This document shows positions 13,411 to 26,289 of a stretch of DNA of 64,000 nt, piece by piece. The translations under genes and the position numbers were made by a program. Each line of letters starts with the position of its first letter. Position 1 is the first letter of the stretch. Location of the stretch: assembly GCA_951406725.2 (NCBI GenBank), contig OX597822.1, positions 558,001 through 622,000 of the forward strand, given 5' to 3'. Source of the stretch: Octopus vulgaris. Lineage: Eukaryota. The notes under the pieces were generated by a model that saw only the letters and a list, made by a program, of their open reading frames with translations, was not told where the DNA came from and made no database searches.

Positions 13411-14751
13411 CACGAGGTGCATTCTAGACACCCTTAGGAAAGGCAATTATAACTGTACTAGATTTTAGTATATCATTACTAATAAGCTAACCTCCAGCTT
13501 TTATAATTCTAGACTGAAGGAGACGGTTGTTGCAAAATTTTGAATCCGCCCCAATAAACTGCTTGTCACGGCTGACTAGTTCGCAAAACGTAATCGGGAT
13601 ACGAAGAGAATTTGGAAGCTTTCTATGCAATAAAGTTTTGTTAAACTGGACAAAAACACCACAGGAACTTGTGAAATACTTCTGACCGTCTATGGATTAA
13701 CCTCTACAAGACGAGCATTCGTTTTTTGCAGGCATAAGAGGCCACGTAAAGCAAGATCACCGGGAAGCTCATGATCATTCCTTTTTTTTTTGATTCCAAG
13801 GATATCATCTCCGTCCACTGGGTTCCTTCTTGCAAGACTTCAACAACAAAGAGAACTTTATGGAGGTGTTGAGGGAATCCAGGAAGAGATTTCCTCCCAA
13901 AAGGGAAGAGCATCTGCACCAGGACAATGTACTGGTCCATACTTTTATCCTGGTAAATAACTATTTGATAGAGAAGGGCATCAAAAGTCTCCTTCAGACC
14001 TCGATCCCTGTGACTTGATTACCGTAAATCCTCGAGTATAGTCCGCAGGGGATTTTTAGGGGGCTGTACTTCTGAAAAACCTAAACCTTGTGTATAATAC
14101 GCACCTCTTCTCTAACTTCAGTCGTGCGTAATTAAGCCAGCAGCACCTAGTCGAACAAACACTTCCGCACATGCGTAATACAATAATGGTGATGTTCTTA
14201 ACTGTTATATGGGAATGTAAATATGTTTGCAAATTGTTTTTGTTACATGTTATTTTATATTTTGAATACTTTTATTTTAATAAATGTTGCTTACTGCAAG
14301 TTATGGATGATTCTTTTATGATTTCATTGCTTTCAGGCTTAGCTGATGGTATTTTCGCGCCCGACATCACAAAATGCGTCTGAATAAACATTGCCGGACA
14401 GTAAATAGAGACTCGGACATTGCTTACAAAATATTTTTCATTTTTAACCTCGTATATAGTACGCACTCGGGATTTTGAGACAATTAAATTTTGGGAAAAA
14501 ATGCAGATTATACTCGAGGATTTACGGTATTCCTCAAGCTGAAGGAGATGAAGGAGGCTGTGATTAGAGCCCTGCATACCTTTAATTTGGAGGGCTTCCA
14601 TGGGGGTCTTCACAAAGTAGCTGGAGAGCTACAAGAAATGCATAGAAGCTAGAAGATTCTACTTTCAAGGAGATTAAAGTTTTGTACTTCATTGAAATTA
14701 ATAAATGTCTCTCTTGAAAAAAGTCTCAAAACTTCTGGAATGCCCCTTGTA
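13411..14751 (+). mobile_element. Decayed, internally deleted mariner element interrupted by a MITE
   Basis: Ends ACGAGGTGCATTC...GAATGCCCCTTGTA; motif remnants KLMIIPFFDSKDIISVHWVP, LHQDN and DLDPCD..LFLKLK. Confidence 0.7.
14020..14529. mobile_element. Tc1/mariner-superfamily MITE with TA target duplication
   Basis: Perfect TIR TA-CCGTAAATCCTCGAGTATA ... TATACTCGAGGATTTACGG-TA. Confidence 0.9.
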
Positions 14752-15087
14752 TTTATGTGCTTATAATCTTTACGTTACTGTGTTAAAAACAGACATCTGT
14801 ACGCATATTGCCTGTGCGTGAGCGTGCGCGTGTAAACGTGCGCCTTTACAGGAGTGTATTTGAAGGAGGGAATCTATAGGTGTATGTGTGTTTGTGTGTG
14901 ATTCTATGTGCGTATGTCTATGTGAGTGTGTTTGCAGGAGAGAGTGTATATGTGTCTATGTCTACATGTGAATGTGTCTTACATAGATGTGTCTCCGTCG
15001 TTCATCATTGTCACCGTCATCATCACAATTGTCGTCAGCAACATCAGTAGCGTCATCATCATCATCATCATAATAATGCAACTTCTT

Positions 15088-15303
15088 AAAGCGACGAGCT
15101 GGCAGAATCGTTAGCACGCCCGGCAAAATGCTTCGTGGCATTTCGTCCGTTTTTATGTTCTGAGTTCAAATTCCGCTGGGGTCGACTTTGTCTTTCATCT
15201 TTTCGGGGTCGATAAAATAAATACCACCTTAGCACTGGGGTCAATGAAATCTTCTTATCCTCTCCCCGCAAAATTGCTGGCCTTGTTCCAAAATGTGAAA
15301 CCA
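15088..15303 (+). mobile_element. SINE family B
   Basis: Head, core and 3' AAATTGCTGGCCTTG..CCAAAAT.TGAAACC. Confidence 0.85.
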
Positions 15304-15845
15304 CTAATGTTTCTCCTCCCCGTCTTCCTTCCCCCCATTCTCATCATTATCATTTTCTCCTTCCTCTTCCTCCTCCTCCTCCTCCTCCTCCTCCACTTCC
15401 TCCTTATTCTTATCATCATTCTCTTCCTCCAACTTTTTCTCCCCTTCCCCTTCTTCCTGCTCCTCTTTCTCCTCCTCCTCCTCCTCCTCCTCTTCTTCTC
15501 CTCTCCCTTTAACATCAGAGGCATTTCTGTGCATCAATGTTTCACTGTTTCACGTTATATACAAAATCGGTTGCGATATTTTCCCAATCTTATTACTTAT
15601 TTCGTCTTTGACATTCTTCCAACCTTTCCAGAAGCATGTAGACCTAACTCCATCCATCCCATCCCACAACAAATAACAATCCTCTCTTCCATGTTCTTAA
15701 TAATTCATCCATTCATTGTGATATTCTGGCGCCATTTAGTATATTCTATCGTCTGATCTGTCATCCCTTCATCGATATCCAGCTCATCTATTTACTAACA
15801 TCTTGATCACTCAATTATGTACTGATATCCTTTACCAGTTAACTT

Positions 15846-15879
<34 letters not shown>

Positions 15880-16324
15880 TGCGTGTGTATGTGTTTATTT
15901 ATATATATTATGTAAACGTAAATATACAGATATATTATATATGATCATGTTGATACGAACATATTTATTTGCATACATACATACATATATATATATATGC
16001 ATATATATACGTGTGTGTATATATAAGAATAAATATATATATATATACATAATATAAATTATATATAGCATATATCATATATATGACAAATATATATATA
16101 TATATATATACTCATACACACAAATATATATATATATTTATATACATACATACATACAGACAGACATACATACATACACGTCTTTATGTATCTATATAGA
16201 TATAAATACATATATACACACGTTTAGAAGCACATGGTATTTATATATTTATTAATTATAGTCCGGTTGCCTTAATGTGATACGTTATACACTCACTGTT
16301 TATGCATAAACAAATATACTTCCA

Positions 16325-17190
16325 TTTGATACTATCTTCATTCAGATGATATCTTTCTGTAGTTATATCTATCTACATTTAATTGTTGATATCCTTGTTT
16401 AGATGTTGATATTTTTTATCTGTTGATATCATGATTTTGATGTTGATATCCTTACTGACATATCAATATCTTTCATTTAGTTGTTGATATCGTCATTCGG
16501 ATGTTGATATCCTCAGTTTATTTTTGGTATCCTCATTTAATTGCTGATATCCTTATTTAGTTGTTGATGTCATTTAGATGTTGATATCACGATTTAGATG
16601 TCGATATCTTCATTTAGATGTTGATATCATGATTTTATTGTGGATATCCTAATTTAATTGCTGTTATCTTAATTCAGGGCTTGATATCCCCATTCAGACG
16701 TTGATATCCTTCTTTTTATTGCTCGTATAATCATTTAGATTTTGATATAATCTTCATTTGTTAATTTCTCATTCATATGTTGATATCCTTACTTGATTCT
16801 TAATATCCTCATTCAATTGTTGATATCCTCATTTAACTGTTGATTTCCTCATTTAATTGTTGATATCATCATTTAATTGTTGATATTTTTACTTAATTGT
16901 TGATATCGTTATGTAATTGTTGATATCCTCCTTTTTATTGTCGATATATTCATTTAGATATCGATATTATCTTCATTTGTTGCTATCCCATTCCCGTGGT
17001 GGTATCCTCACTCAGTTGTTGATATCCTTATTTAATCGTTGTTATCCTTATGTGTTAGCATCCTCATTTTCTTGTTGATATTCTCATTCAAGTGTCGATA
17101 CCCTTCATTTACTTGTTGATATCTCATTTTCTTGGTGATACCCCGATATAATTGCTAATATAATCGTTATTTAGTTGTTGATATTCTCAC
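16325..17190. repeat. Degenerate 20-bp minisatellite (GTTGATATCCTCATTTAATT), about 40 units
   Basis: Exact 20-nt period visible at 16819-16930. Confidence 0.9.
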
Positions 17191-17578
17191 TGTTTTCTAA
17201 TTTCAGGTTTACATGGACGTCAATTCGCATGAAAGCAATATTTCCTCTACCTGACACTATTGCTTCATCAATTTATATTTAAATGCCCCAGTCCACATGG
17301 CTGTTAAGTGGTAGAATTGTCCGAGCAGAAGACAAAATGTCTCGTGGTATTTGTTCCTTATCTCTGAATTTTTAGTTCAAATGCTTCTGTCGTTAAATTT
17401 GTCTTTCATATTTTCGAGGCACTTTACTGACGACAAGAAAAATTTTGCTGGGATTAGTTGCGCGACATCCACCTTGGTTATTTAGGCTGTATTCTTGCCG
17501 TTGGCAGCTGTATACGTGTGTTAGGTTTGTACTGGTGTTTTATGCATGTATATATGAATGGATCTATGTATGAATGCA

Positions 17579-17579
17579 A

Positions 17580-17675
<96 letters not shown>
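17579..17675. repeat. (TATC)n microsatellite
   Basis: Seen directly. Confidence 0.95.
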
Positions 17676-17871
17676 GTGTATATACACATCTATCTGTACA
17701 CCTATACATGCCCATATATATGTATGTGTGTGTGGCGTGTTTGTACATGTATATATGCATATATCTATACCTATATATGCATACATGTCTGTACGTAAAT
17801 ACATATATATGCGTGGTATATGTATAACTGTTTAATGCATATGTACACACGCATACACCTATACACTCACT

Positions 17872-17914
<43 letters not shown>

Positions 17915-18133
17915 ACACACACACACACGTACACAAACACATATTTTGTTCTTTTAAGCCTAGGGTTATGCAGGTGTCTCTAAGTATAAACGGTAATGGT
18001 GGAATGGACGGAGCCGCAACGTTTTTTAAGAATGTATATACATACATTGCAATGAAAGGAGATGAAAGGTTTAAGAATAAAATGAAAAAGAAAAAGAAAG
18101 AAATGAGCCGTGGAAGGAACAGAGGAGGAAATA

Positions 18134-18852
18134 GAAGAAGAAGAAGAAGAAGAAGAAGAAGAAGAAGAAGAAGAAGAAGAAGAAGAAGAAGAAGAAGAAG
18201 AAGAAGAAGGAGAAGAAGAAGAAGAAGAAGGAGAAGAAGAAGAAGAAGAAGAAGAAGAAGAAGAAGAAGACGAAGAAGAAGAAGAAGACGAAGAAGAAGA
18301 AGAAGAAGAAGGAGGAGAAGAAGGAGGAGAAGAAGAAGAAGAAGAAGAAGAAGAAGAAGGAGGAGAAGAAGAAGAAGAAGAAGAAGACGAAGAAGAAGAA
18401 GAAGAAGAAGAAGAAGAAGAAGAAGAAGAAGAAGAAGAAGAAAAAGACGAAGATGATGAAGAAGAAGAAGGAGAAGATGATGAAGAAGACGAAGAGGAAG
18501 AAGAAGAAGAAGAAGAAGAAGAAGGAGGAGAAGAAGGAGGAAGAAGAAGAAGAAGAAGAAGAAGAAGAAGAAGAAGAAGGAGAAGAAGAAGAAGAAGAAG
18601 AAGGAGGAGGAGAAGAAGAAGAAGAAGGAGAAGAAGAAGAAGAAGAAGAAGGAGGAGAAGAAGGAGGAGAAGAAGAAGAAGAAGAAGAAGAAGAAGAAGG
18701 AGGAGGAGAAGAAGAAGAAGAAGAAGAAGAAGAAGAAGAAGAAGAAGAAGAAGAAGAAGAAGAAGAAGAAGAAGAAGAAGAAGAAGAAGAAGAAGAAGAA
18801 GAAGAAGAAGAAGAAGAAGAAGAAGAAGAAGAAGAAGAAGAAGAAGAAGAAG
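18134..18852. repeat. (GAA)n tract with GGA/GAC/GAT interruptions
   Basis: Seen directly. Confidence 0.97.
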
Positions 18853-19552
18853 ATGTAGAGAACGGGTGGAAACGGAAGATGAAAAGAATAATTTAAATAT
18901 TTAAGCTATTTACAAATTAATCCTTCAGGTATAAAAAGACAGCTTTGGTTGTTAAAGTACAATTTCCTTGTCGGTGCTGCCAATAATTTATTTTTGGTGG
19001 TACTGACAAATTAATTTACCCTTACTCCACCCCACCTCCTACCGTACCCCTGCCGGCAATTCTAATTTTGTCCTTTTTTTGTTGTTTTCTTTTCCACCTG
19101 CAAAATCTGAATTGATCAAAAAATAAAAATACAGGTACAACACCGTTTTGTTCCAAAGTCTCTTTAGATTACTAATTTTAGCAACCAAAAGTGGCCACCA
19201 TTAAATTAAACAAATATCGATTTCAAATTTTGGCACAAGGTCAGCAATTTCGAGGAAAGGGTTAAGTCGATTGCACTGACCCCAGTACTCAACTGGTACT
19301 TTTTTTATTGACCTCAGAAGGACGAAAAGGTGAAAACGTCCATGAAACGGATTCCTGTGGTTTATATTGCAGAAGTCAATTCTATAATACAAGGTCTGAA
19401 ACGATGGCAAAATGGTCTCGGATGGAACATCAGCATACAAACCGCATAGTAGCGCTCTCATCAATGCGAATGTGCTTGTCTTTACTGTAACATCCGCTGT
19501 TATGTAAAACAAGAACGAATATATCCTAAACAGATTTTGTTTAGCCCCAGAT

Positions 19553-19795
19553 AGAGGTGCGTGGCTTGGTGGCTAGGTTGTTGGACTCATGATCGGAAGA
19601 TTGCGGCTTTGTTTCGTGGACCTGGTGATGTGTTAAGTTCTTGAGAAAAACACTTCATTCCACGTTGCTCCAGTCCACTCTGCTAGCAAAAATGAGTCAT
19701 CCTGCGACGGACAGGTGCCGAATATATACGCCATGGAAACCGGGAAACCCGGCCCCTAGGAGCTGGTATGACTTGAGAATGTAACTTTACTTTAC
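19553..19795 (+). mobile_element. SINE family C
   Basis: TGGCTTGGTGG A-box; CCTGCGACGGAC; GGAAACCGGGAAACCCGGCCC. Confidence 0.75.
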
Positions 19796-19820
19796 TGGTC
19801 AGCTCTGATCCTGCAGACCT

Positions 19821-20280
19821 ATTCTTTTATTCTTTTACTTGCTTCAGTCATTTGAGTGCGGTCATGCTGGAGCACCACCGTTAGTCGAATCAAATCGACC
19901 TTATTCTTTGTAAGCCTAGTACTTATTGTATCGATTTGTTTAGCCGAACCGCTAAGTTACGAGGACCTAAACGCACCAGCATCGGTTGTCAAGTGATGTT
20001 GGAGGGACAAACACAGATACACAACACACTCACACACACACAGACACACACACACACACGCACACACACACACACACACACGCACACACACACGCACGCA
20101 CACACATAAATATATACGACGGGCTTCTTTCAGTTTCCGTCTACCAAATCCAATCACAAGGCTTTGGTCGGCCCGAGGCTATAGTAGAAGACATTTGCCC
20201 AAGGCGCCACGTAGTGGGACTGAATCCGGAACCATGTGGTTGGTAAGCAAGCTACTTACCACACAGCCACTCCTGCGCCT
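19821..20280 (-). mobile_element. SINE family A, full length
   Basis: Reverse complement of the whole family A unit, ending ACACAGCCACTCCTGCGCCT. Confidence 0.9.
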
Positions 20281-20861
20281 ATGCTCAAACATGTTTCAGG
20301 GATGACCTGACATCATTTACCGAGACATTTATCTAATCTATCATTCTTTTTATGAGACGATAAAGCGCATTGTTTGAGAGAAACTTGGTTGCTATTTCTA
20401 GAAAGGTCAGCTACTTTGTAGATGTACCCTCGATTAATACAGTCCGGCGAACAACTGAAAACTGCGGCAATATCTGCTTTAAATCGCACTCTGATGTCTT
20501 AAAAAGAAAGAACACATTTGGATCGCAAAGTGACGAATACGCAATATAAAGCTAGAGACGTGATAGTCACGGTTGAATGTATTTGATGTTATGTCTGCGT
20601 GAGCAGAGCTGACCAGGGACTAAAACCAACAACAGGATACACTGAACAGCAAGAGAAACGCACCATGCTTATACTGCTATGTTGCACTCCGCACAGTAAA
20701 CTACTTAACAGGAAGAGGATTGAGATAAGTACAAAAAGGCAGGATGGCCACGGTTGGAAATACATTTGATCATAAGTTCTATTCGATCAAGACTAACCTG
20801 GAACTAATGATTCTGACATCGACCCACTTCAACAACAACAACAATAACAACAATTAAAAAA

Positions 20862-21259
20862 TTCCTTTCTACAATAGGCACAAGGCCTGAAAGTTTGGAG
20901 GAAGGAGTAAGTCGATTACATCAACCCCAGTACTCAACTGGTACTTATTTTATGTACCCCGAAAGGATAAAAGGCAAAGTCGATCTCGGCGGAATTTGAA
21001 CTCAGAACGTAAAGACAGACGAAATACCTATTTCTTTACTACCCACAAGGGGATAAACACAGAGGGGACAAACAAGGACAGACAAACGGATTAAGTCGAT
21101 TATATCGACCCCAGTGCGTAACTGATACTTAATTAATCGACCCCGAAAGGATGAAAGGCAAAGTCGACCTCGGCGGAATTTGAACTCACAACGTAACGGC
21201 AGACGACATACCGCTAAGCATTTTTCCTGGCGTGCTAACGAATCTGCCACCTCGCTACC

Positions 21260-21260
<1 letters not shown>
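20862..21260 (-). mobile_element. SINE family B, dimeric form
   Basis: Two CCCCGAAAGGAT.AAAGGCAAAGTCGA.CTCGGCGGAATTTGAACTCA cores; head abuts (AAT)n. Confidence 0.85.
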
Positions 21261-21323
<63 letters not shown>

Positions 21324-21341
21324 TAATAATAATGATAATAC

Positions 21342-21720
21342 GTTCCTTACGGAAAACAATCTTCTGCCAGTAGAACAAAAAGGATGCCGAAAAGGATCCA
21401 AGGGCACCAAGGACCACCTCGTGATTGACAAGGTTATAATGAAGAACTGTAAACGGTACAAAAAAAAAAACTGATGCAAAGTTTACGACATGTTGCTGTA
21501 TTCGTGGATTTTGGAAACACCGAACATGTGTGGAAAAGCTGAGAACGTGTGTGCATTGATTAAGAACAGCATATCTAGTTGGAAAATGCGGCTTTCCTGT
21601 AACAACCAGCCGAGGTAACAATAAAAAGAGGTATCTTCCAAGGAGATTCTTGTTCACCTCTGTTCTTCATTATAGCCTTGATCCCACTTTCTGTAGTCCT
21701 ACGTGAAATCAACGTGCACA
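21342..21720 (+). mobile_element. R4/Dong-like LINE reverse transcriptase fragment
   Basis: [26 protein letters not shown] and IKRGIFQGDSCSPLFFIIALIPL; starts at the end of an (AAT)n tract. Confidence 0.8.
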
Positions 21721-23676
21721 TCGACCCTAGTACTTCGCTGGTTCGTTACTTTATCTACACTGAAAAGATGAAATGAGTATTTCACCTCAGCGAGGTTGGA
21801 ACTCAGAAGGAAAAGAGGTGAAAGAAAAGCTTCCAAGCATTTTTTTCCGGCGCGGTGACGCTTATGACAACTCGTCGCCTCAACAACAATAATAATAATA
21901 AGAATTATATGAAAACCTGACAGATTCTGATAGAAAGTGGAGGGAGGGGGAGAGGGAGAAGGTTTTCATTTAAGCACAATCAGAAGCCAGATTAATAAGG
22001 AACCTTATCAAAGTTGTTTGTTGTCTCCCCGCCTTCATCTTTAATCAACCACCACCACACACGTACATACATACAAATACATGTTTATACACACACAAAC
22101 ACTAGCGGCGCACACGAGCATTCGGTCACATATTTTCTCTTACACGCGGGCAATACACACACACACACACACATACAAATTGTCTCTGTCACACAAGGAC
22201 TTTGTCTTTTACACATACACATACAGTTAGTCAGACATACATTCTGCCTTACACGTGCATACATACTGACATACCGCTTATATGGGCATACATACTAACA
22301 TATCGCTTACACATACATAATCAGTTAGTCACATACTCTCTCTCTCTCTTACACACATACACACACACACGTATTGCCTGTCTCTCTTACACGCATACAC
22401 ACACACATATATCATCTCTCTCACAAGCACATATGCAGAGACGCAGAGTTCTTTACACACGCACAAACATACACAGACATGCGCATACATATAAAGCTGT
22501 ACATATACACACACACAGAAACATATACACTCTCGGAATATTTCTCGTTATGTTATTGTTTAAAACGCACAACTACACACGCACGCACACACACACGTAC
22601 ACACATACGCACACATACACACACAGAGCAACACAGACACACACACACAGAGCAACACACACGCACACAAACTTACATAGTTACACAGAACCACATCACA
22701 TACTCTGCAAACCACCATTACACACATAGGCACGCATACACACATACACACATAGGCACGCATACACACATACACACACACACTCACACACACACACACG
22801 CACACACACACACGCACACACATACACACACGAGTCAATCCGGTAGCTTCAACTTGGTCGCTTGTTCTGCTAGAAATAGCAACCAAACCTTCCTCCAATT
22901 ACTCCCGAATTTTTGAATAAATAAATAAGAGATGCGTTGTATAATATAGAAATGAGTTCTCTGCACATTGAAAAAAGACAAGGTGGTCACGTCTGGAACA
23001 CAGTTGATCATAGGTCGGTTCCATCAAAGTTGAACTGCGGCTACACAAAAACACCAATAGCATTCACATACATACTCTATACTTTCACACACACACACAC
23101 ACACATACACACACACACGCACGTTCCTGCATACACATTTAATCAAACATTCACACACACACACACACAGACAAACACACACACACACACGCTACATACT
23201 CAACACAGTAAACATCCCCTTATCATTCCCTGTTTCACTTTTTCTCACACACACAGACACCCTCACACTTCTATCTCTCTCTCTATTCTACACTCTCTCA
23301 TACATATCACCCCTCTTCTCTCTCTCTTTCACTCTCTCTCATACATATCACCGCTCTTCCCTCCCTTTCACACTCTCTCTCTTTCCTAAAGCCATACACA
23401 CATTCAGAAATAACGCAGCTTCAGCTAATTTATGCTTCATACTTTCCCCATTCCCCGTCTATTTCGCTGTTTGTCTTTGATCAAAGTGTCTGGCCAGTTG
23501 CCATTGATAATCAGACTAAATCCGAGATATATTGTTAGTCAAGGATTATTGCTACTATTAGTGTTGCTGTATATTATTAGCCTGGTCGGTGATAACATCC
23601 TAAATCTGTGCAAAGAAGGGATCAACTCACATTAGAATTCATATCACTTGCTAAACGTCTACATATGGATATACAC

Positions 23677-23721
<45 letters not shown>

Positions 23722-24029
23722 AATGTATATACATACATATATACATATACACGTGTATATCCATCTGTAGAAGTTTAGCAAGATATGTATATATTTATAT
23801 ATACATACATACATAAGCATACATATATTATAGTGACCGCAATTATATAATTGCAAACGCACGCACACGCACAAAGTCAACCGCACTCATGTATGTGTAT
23901 GTATATATATATATATATATATACATACATAAATAAATACATACATACATACATACATACATACATACATACACACATACATACATACATACATACATAC
24001 ATACATACATACATACATACATACATACA

Positions 24030-24065
<36 letters not shown>

Positions 24066-24253
24066 TATGTATGTGTATTTATTTTCTGTCCTTGTTTCTT
24101 TCTGTGTTCCTTTCTGTGGAAGAGGGTAACTCGAAACCTTAAAGACTTTGTCACTGCCCGAGCGATAAACTAATACATCTGTTTGTTGTCTACACCACCG
24201 GTCTTCGTCTCTTTTTTGGTGAATTCTCCTCCCTCTCTCCCTCTATATATATA

Positions 24254-24301
<48 letters not shown>

Positions 24302-24348
24302 CGTGTGTGTATATGTGTGTATATGTGCATGTGCGCGCGCGTATGAAC

Positions 24349-24629
24349 GTTGTGAAGCAACGTTGCCATTTTACTACGAATCTTTACCAAATTTCACAGA
24401 GAGATCCTGATACAATCCCGAATAAATAAATATGGGCAAAACCCCAGTTGCAAGGCCCACTTGAGGGTTGAGCAGAATAAGTAAGGAAACGGAATGAAGG
24501 GGGGTAGAAATGTGTAGTGGAGTAAGTAGTTGAGTGTAAGTCAGTATGGATTCCAGACCCGTCGTCAGTTACGTCAGACCGCGATTTTCTCTCACTTTTA
24601 GTTTTTCGTTAATATATCCGTCACCAACA
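24349..24629. repeat. Dispersed repeat, possible solo LTR
   Basis: Ends TCACCAACA with a degenerate GTTGTGA start; related to 1960-2240. Confidence 0.4.
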
Positions 24630-24641
24630 CACTTCTTATTT

Positions 24642-24679
<38 letters not shown>

Positions 24680-24808
24680 TATATACACATATACATATAC
24701 AAACACACATTCTTGACATCAGAAGAATTTCGAAACTTTGTTTTTAATTGTTAAACTCGAAGCAAAAATCTATAACTCACTTCTATGTATATATATGTAT
24801 ATATTTGC

Positions 24809-24839
<31 letters not shown>

Positions 24840-25098
24840 TGTATGTATGTATGTATGTATGTATGTATGTATGTATGTATGTATGCATGTATGTATGTAT
24901 GTATGTATGTATGTATGTATGTATGTATGTATGTAGTAATAATAATGATAATAAAGGGTAAAATTAATTAAGGGAATACATTGTGTGGGAGATTCTTCTT
25001 ATAGCAGAAGAAATAGCTAAATTTTTTGGGTGCTATTTCTAAAAGTTCGGTATGTGACGAAGCAAATTTTCTTTGCTGAACCCTTATATGAAGTAATT

Positions 25099-25187
<89 letters not shown>

Positions 25188-25367
25188 AATATTAGGGAAT
25201 AAATCCAAATTTACAGGGAAAAATTTAGGATTTAGGATTTAGGATTAAATCCAATTTTATAGTAAAATATTATATAATATAATTCGAGACAAAACCACTA
25301 TTTTGCAAAACAAACAAGGAAAGACTTAATCAATACATAAAAATTTTTAATATAAAGAAATAAACCG

Positions 25368-25410
25368 CCACTACAATCGTTTCATGTCTTCAATGACATT
25401 CGTCAGGTGG
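25368..25410 (-). ncRNA. Minimal type I hammerhead ribozyme motif
   Basis: Minus strand: ccac CTGACGA atgtc attgaa gacat GAAA cgattg TA gtgg. Confidence 0.8.
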
Positions 25411-25605
25411 ATTTTCGATCTCCTAATCTGTTTTAATTTATGAAGCTTAGTTTTTCCTTGGGGCTGGCCAGGTTGGAGGAATCCCCTTTTTTGTATCACC
25501 TAACTATCTGGATGTTTTGCGTTCTTGTCCCAAGGCAACACCGCGGAACAGGAGCAACCTCATAAATTCACTTCATAAATTAAAACAGATTAGGAGATCG
25601 AAAAT

Positions 25606-25648
25606 CCACCTGACGAATGCCATTGAAGACATGAAACGATTGTAGTGG
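25606..25648 (+). ncRNA. Minimal type I hammerhead ribozyme motif
   Basis: ccac CTGACGA atgcc attgaa gacat GAAA cgattg TA gtgg; one stem II mismatch. Confidence 0.75.
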
Positions 25649-25731
25649 CGGTTTATTTCTTTATATTAAAAATTTTTATGTATTGATTAAGTCTTTCCTT
25701 GTTTGTTTTGCAAAATAGTGGTTTTGTCTCG

Positions 25732-25769
<38 letters not shown>

Positions 25770-26100
25770 AGGTGAAAATATATGTCTGTACATATGTACA
25801 TACACTCACACACACAAGCACACACATTATAGTAGTAGGCAAGCTCAAGCTTTTTTGAACTCATAATATTCTGTGCGTGTATACCAATATTCCACTGAAC
25901 TTTTTAATAATTCTTTCCGGAAACTATCTTTAACATTGCTTTGAGAATGTATGTATATGTTGCAATCTTTTGTGCCCAATATTTTAATAAACTTGTTAAA
26001 CTTTTTTATGTTCTTAACATGTTCTTGTTACCAAAGAATGTATATATGTATTGTAGTATTTTGTGACAACCAATAATTAACACAACCAAACTTTTACATG

Positions 26101-26145
26101 TTACTTTTGACAATCTTTTTCTAAAGAGTGAAACCGGTAAAGTAA
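26101..26145 (+). ncRNA. Type I hammerhead motif with U3-A8 core variant
   Basis: ttactt TTGACAA tcttt ttct aaaga gt GAAA ccgg TA aagtaa; 6-bp stem I, palindromic ACCGGT stem III. Confidence 0.6.
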
Positions 26146-26226
26146 ATAAACATCTTTTAAAATTGCATTTTCAAACCTTCTTTCGTATATAATTCCACTC
26201 GTGCGGTACCTTACAACTCCACTTTG

Positions 26227-26286
<60 letters not shown>

Positions 26287-26289
<3 letters not shown>

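Larger units (their letters stand above)
25184..25739 (-). mobile_element. PLE-terminus-like inverted-repeat element (family P2) in (TA)n
   Basis: 169-bp arms 25277-25445 and 25571-25739, 125-bp spacer, unpaired tail 25184-25276; homologous to 57222-57630. Confidence 0.85.

Noticed and set aside
16325-17190. CRISPR-like array
   Set aside because: Head-to-tail degenerate units with no unique spacers; eukaryotic context; no cas genes
17190-17285. Strong-looking splice acceptor TTTCTAATTTCAG
   Set aside because: The downstream frames checked close quickly, with no donor or homology
17968-18904. Poly-E / poly-R / poly-K ORFs
   Set aside because: (GAA)n artefact
25223-25246. Telomere-like (TTTAGGA)3
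   Set aside because: Local slippage in the P2 tail; the 57-kb copy has a single unit
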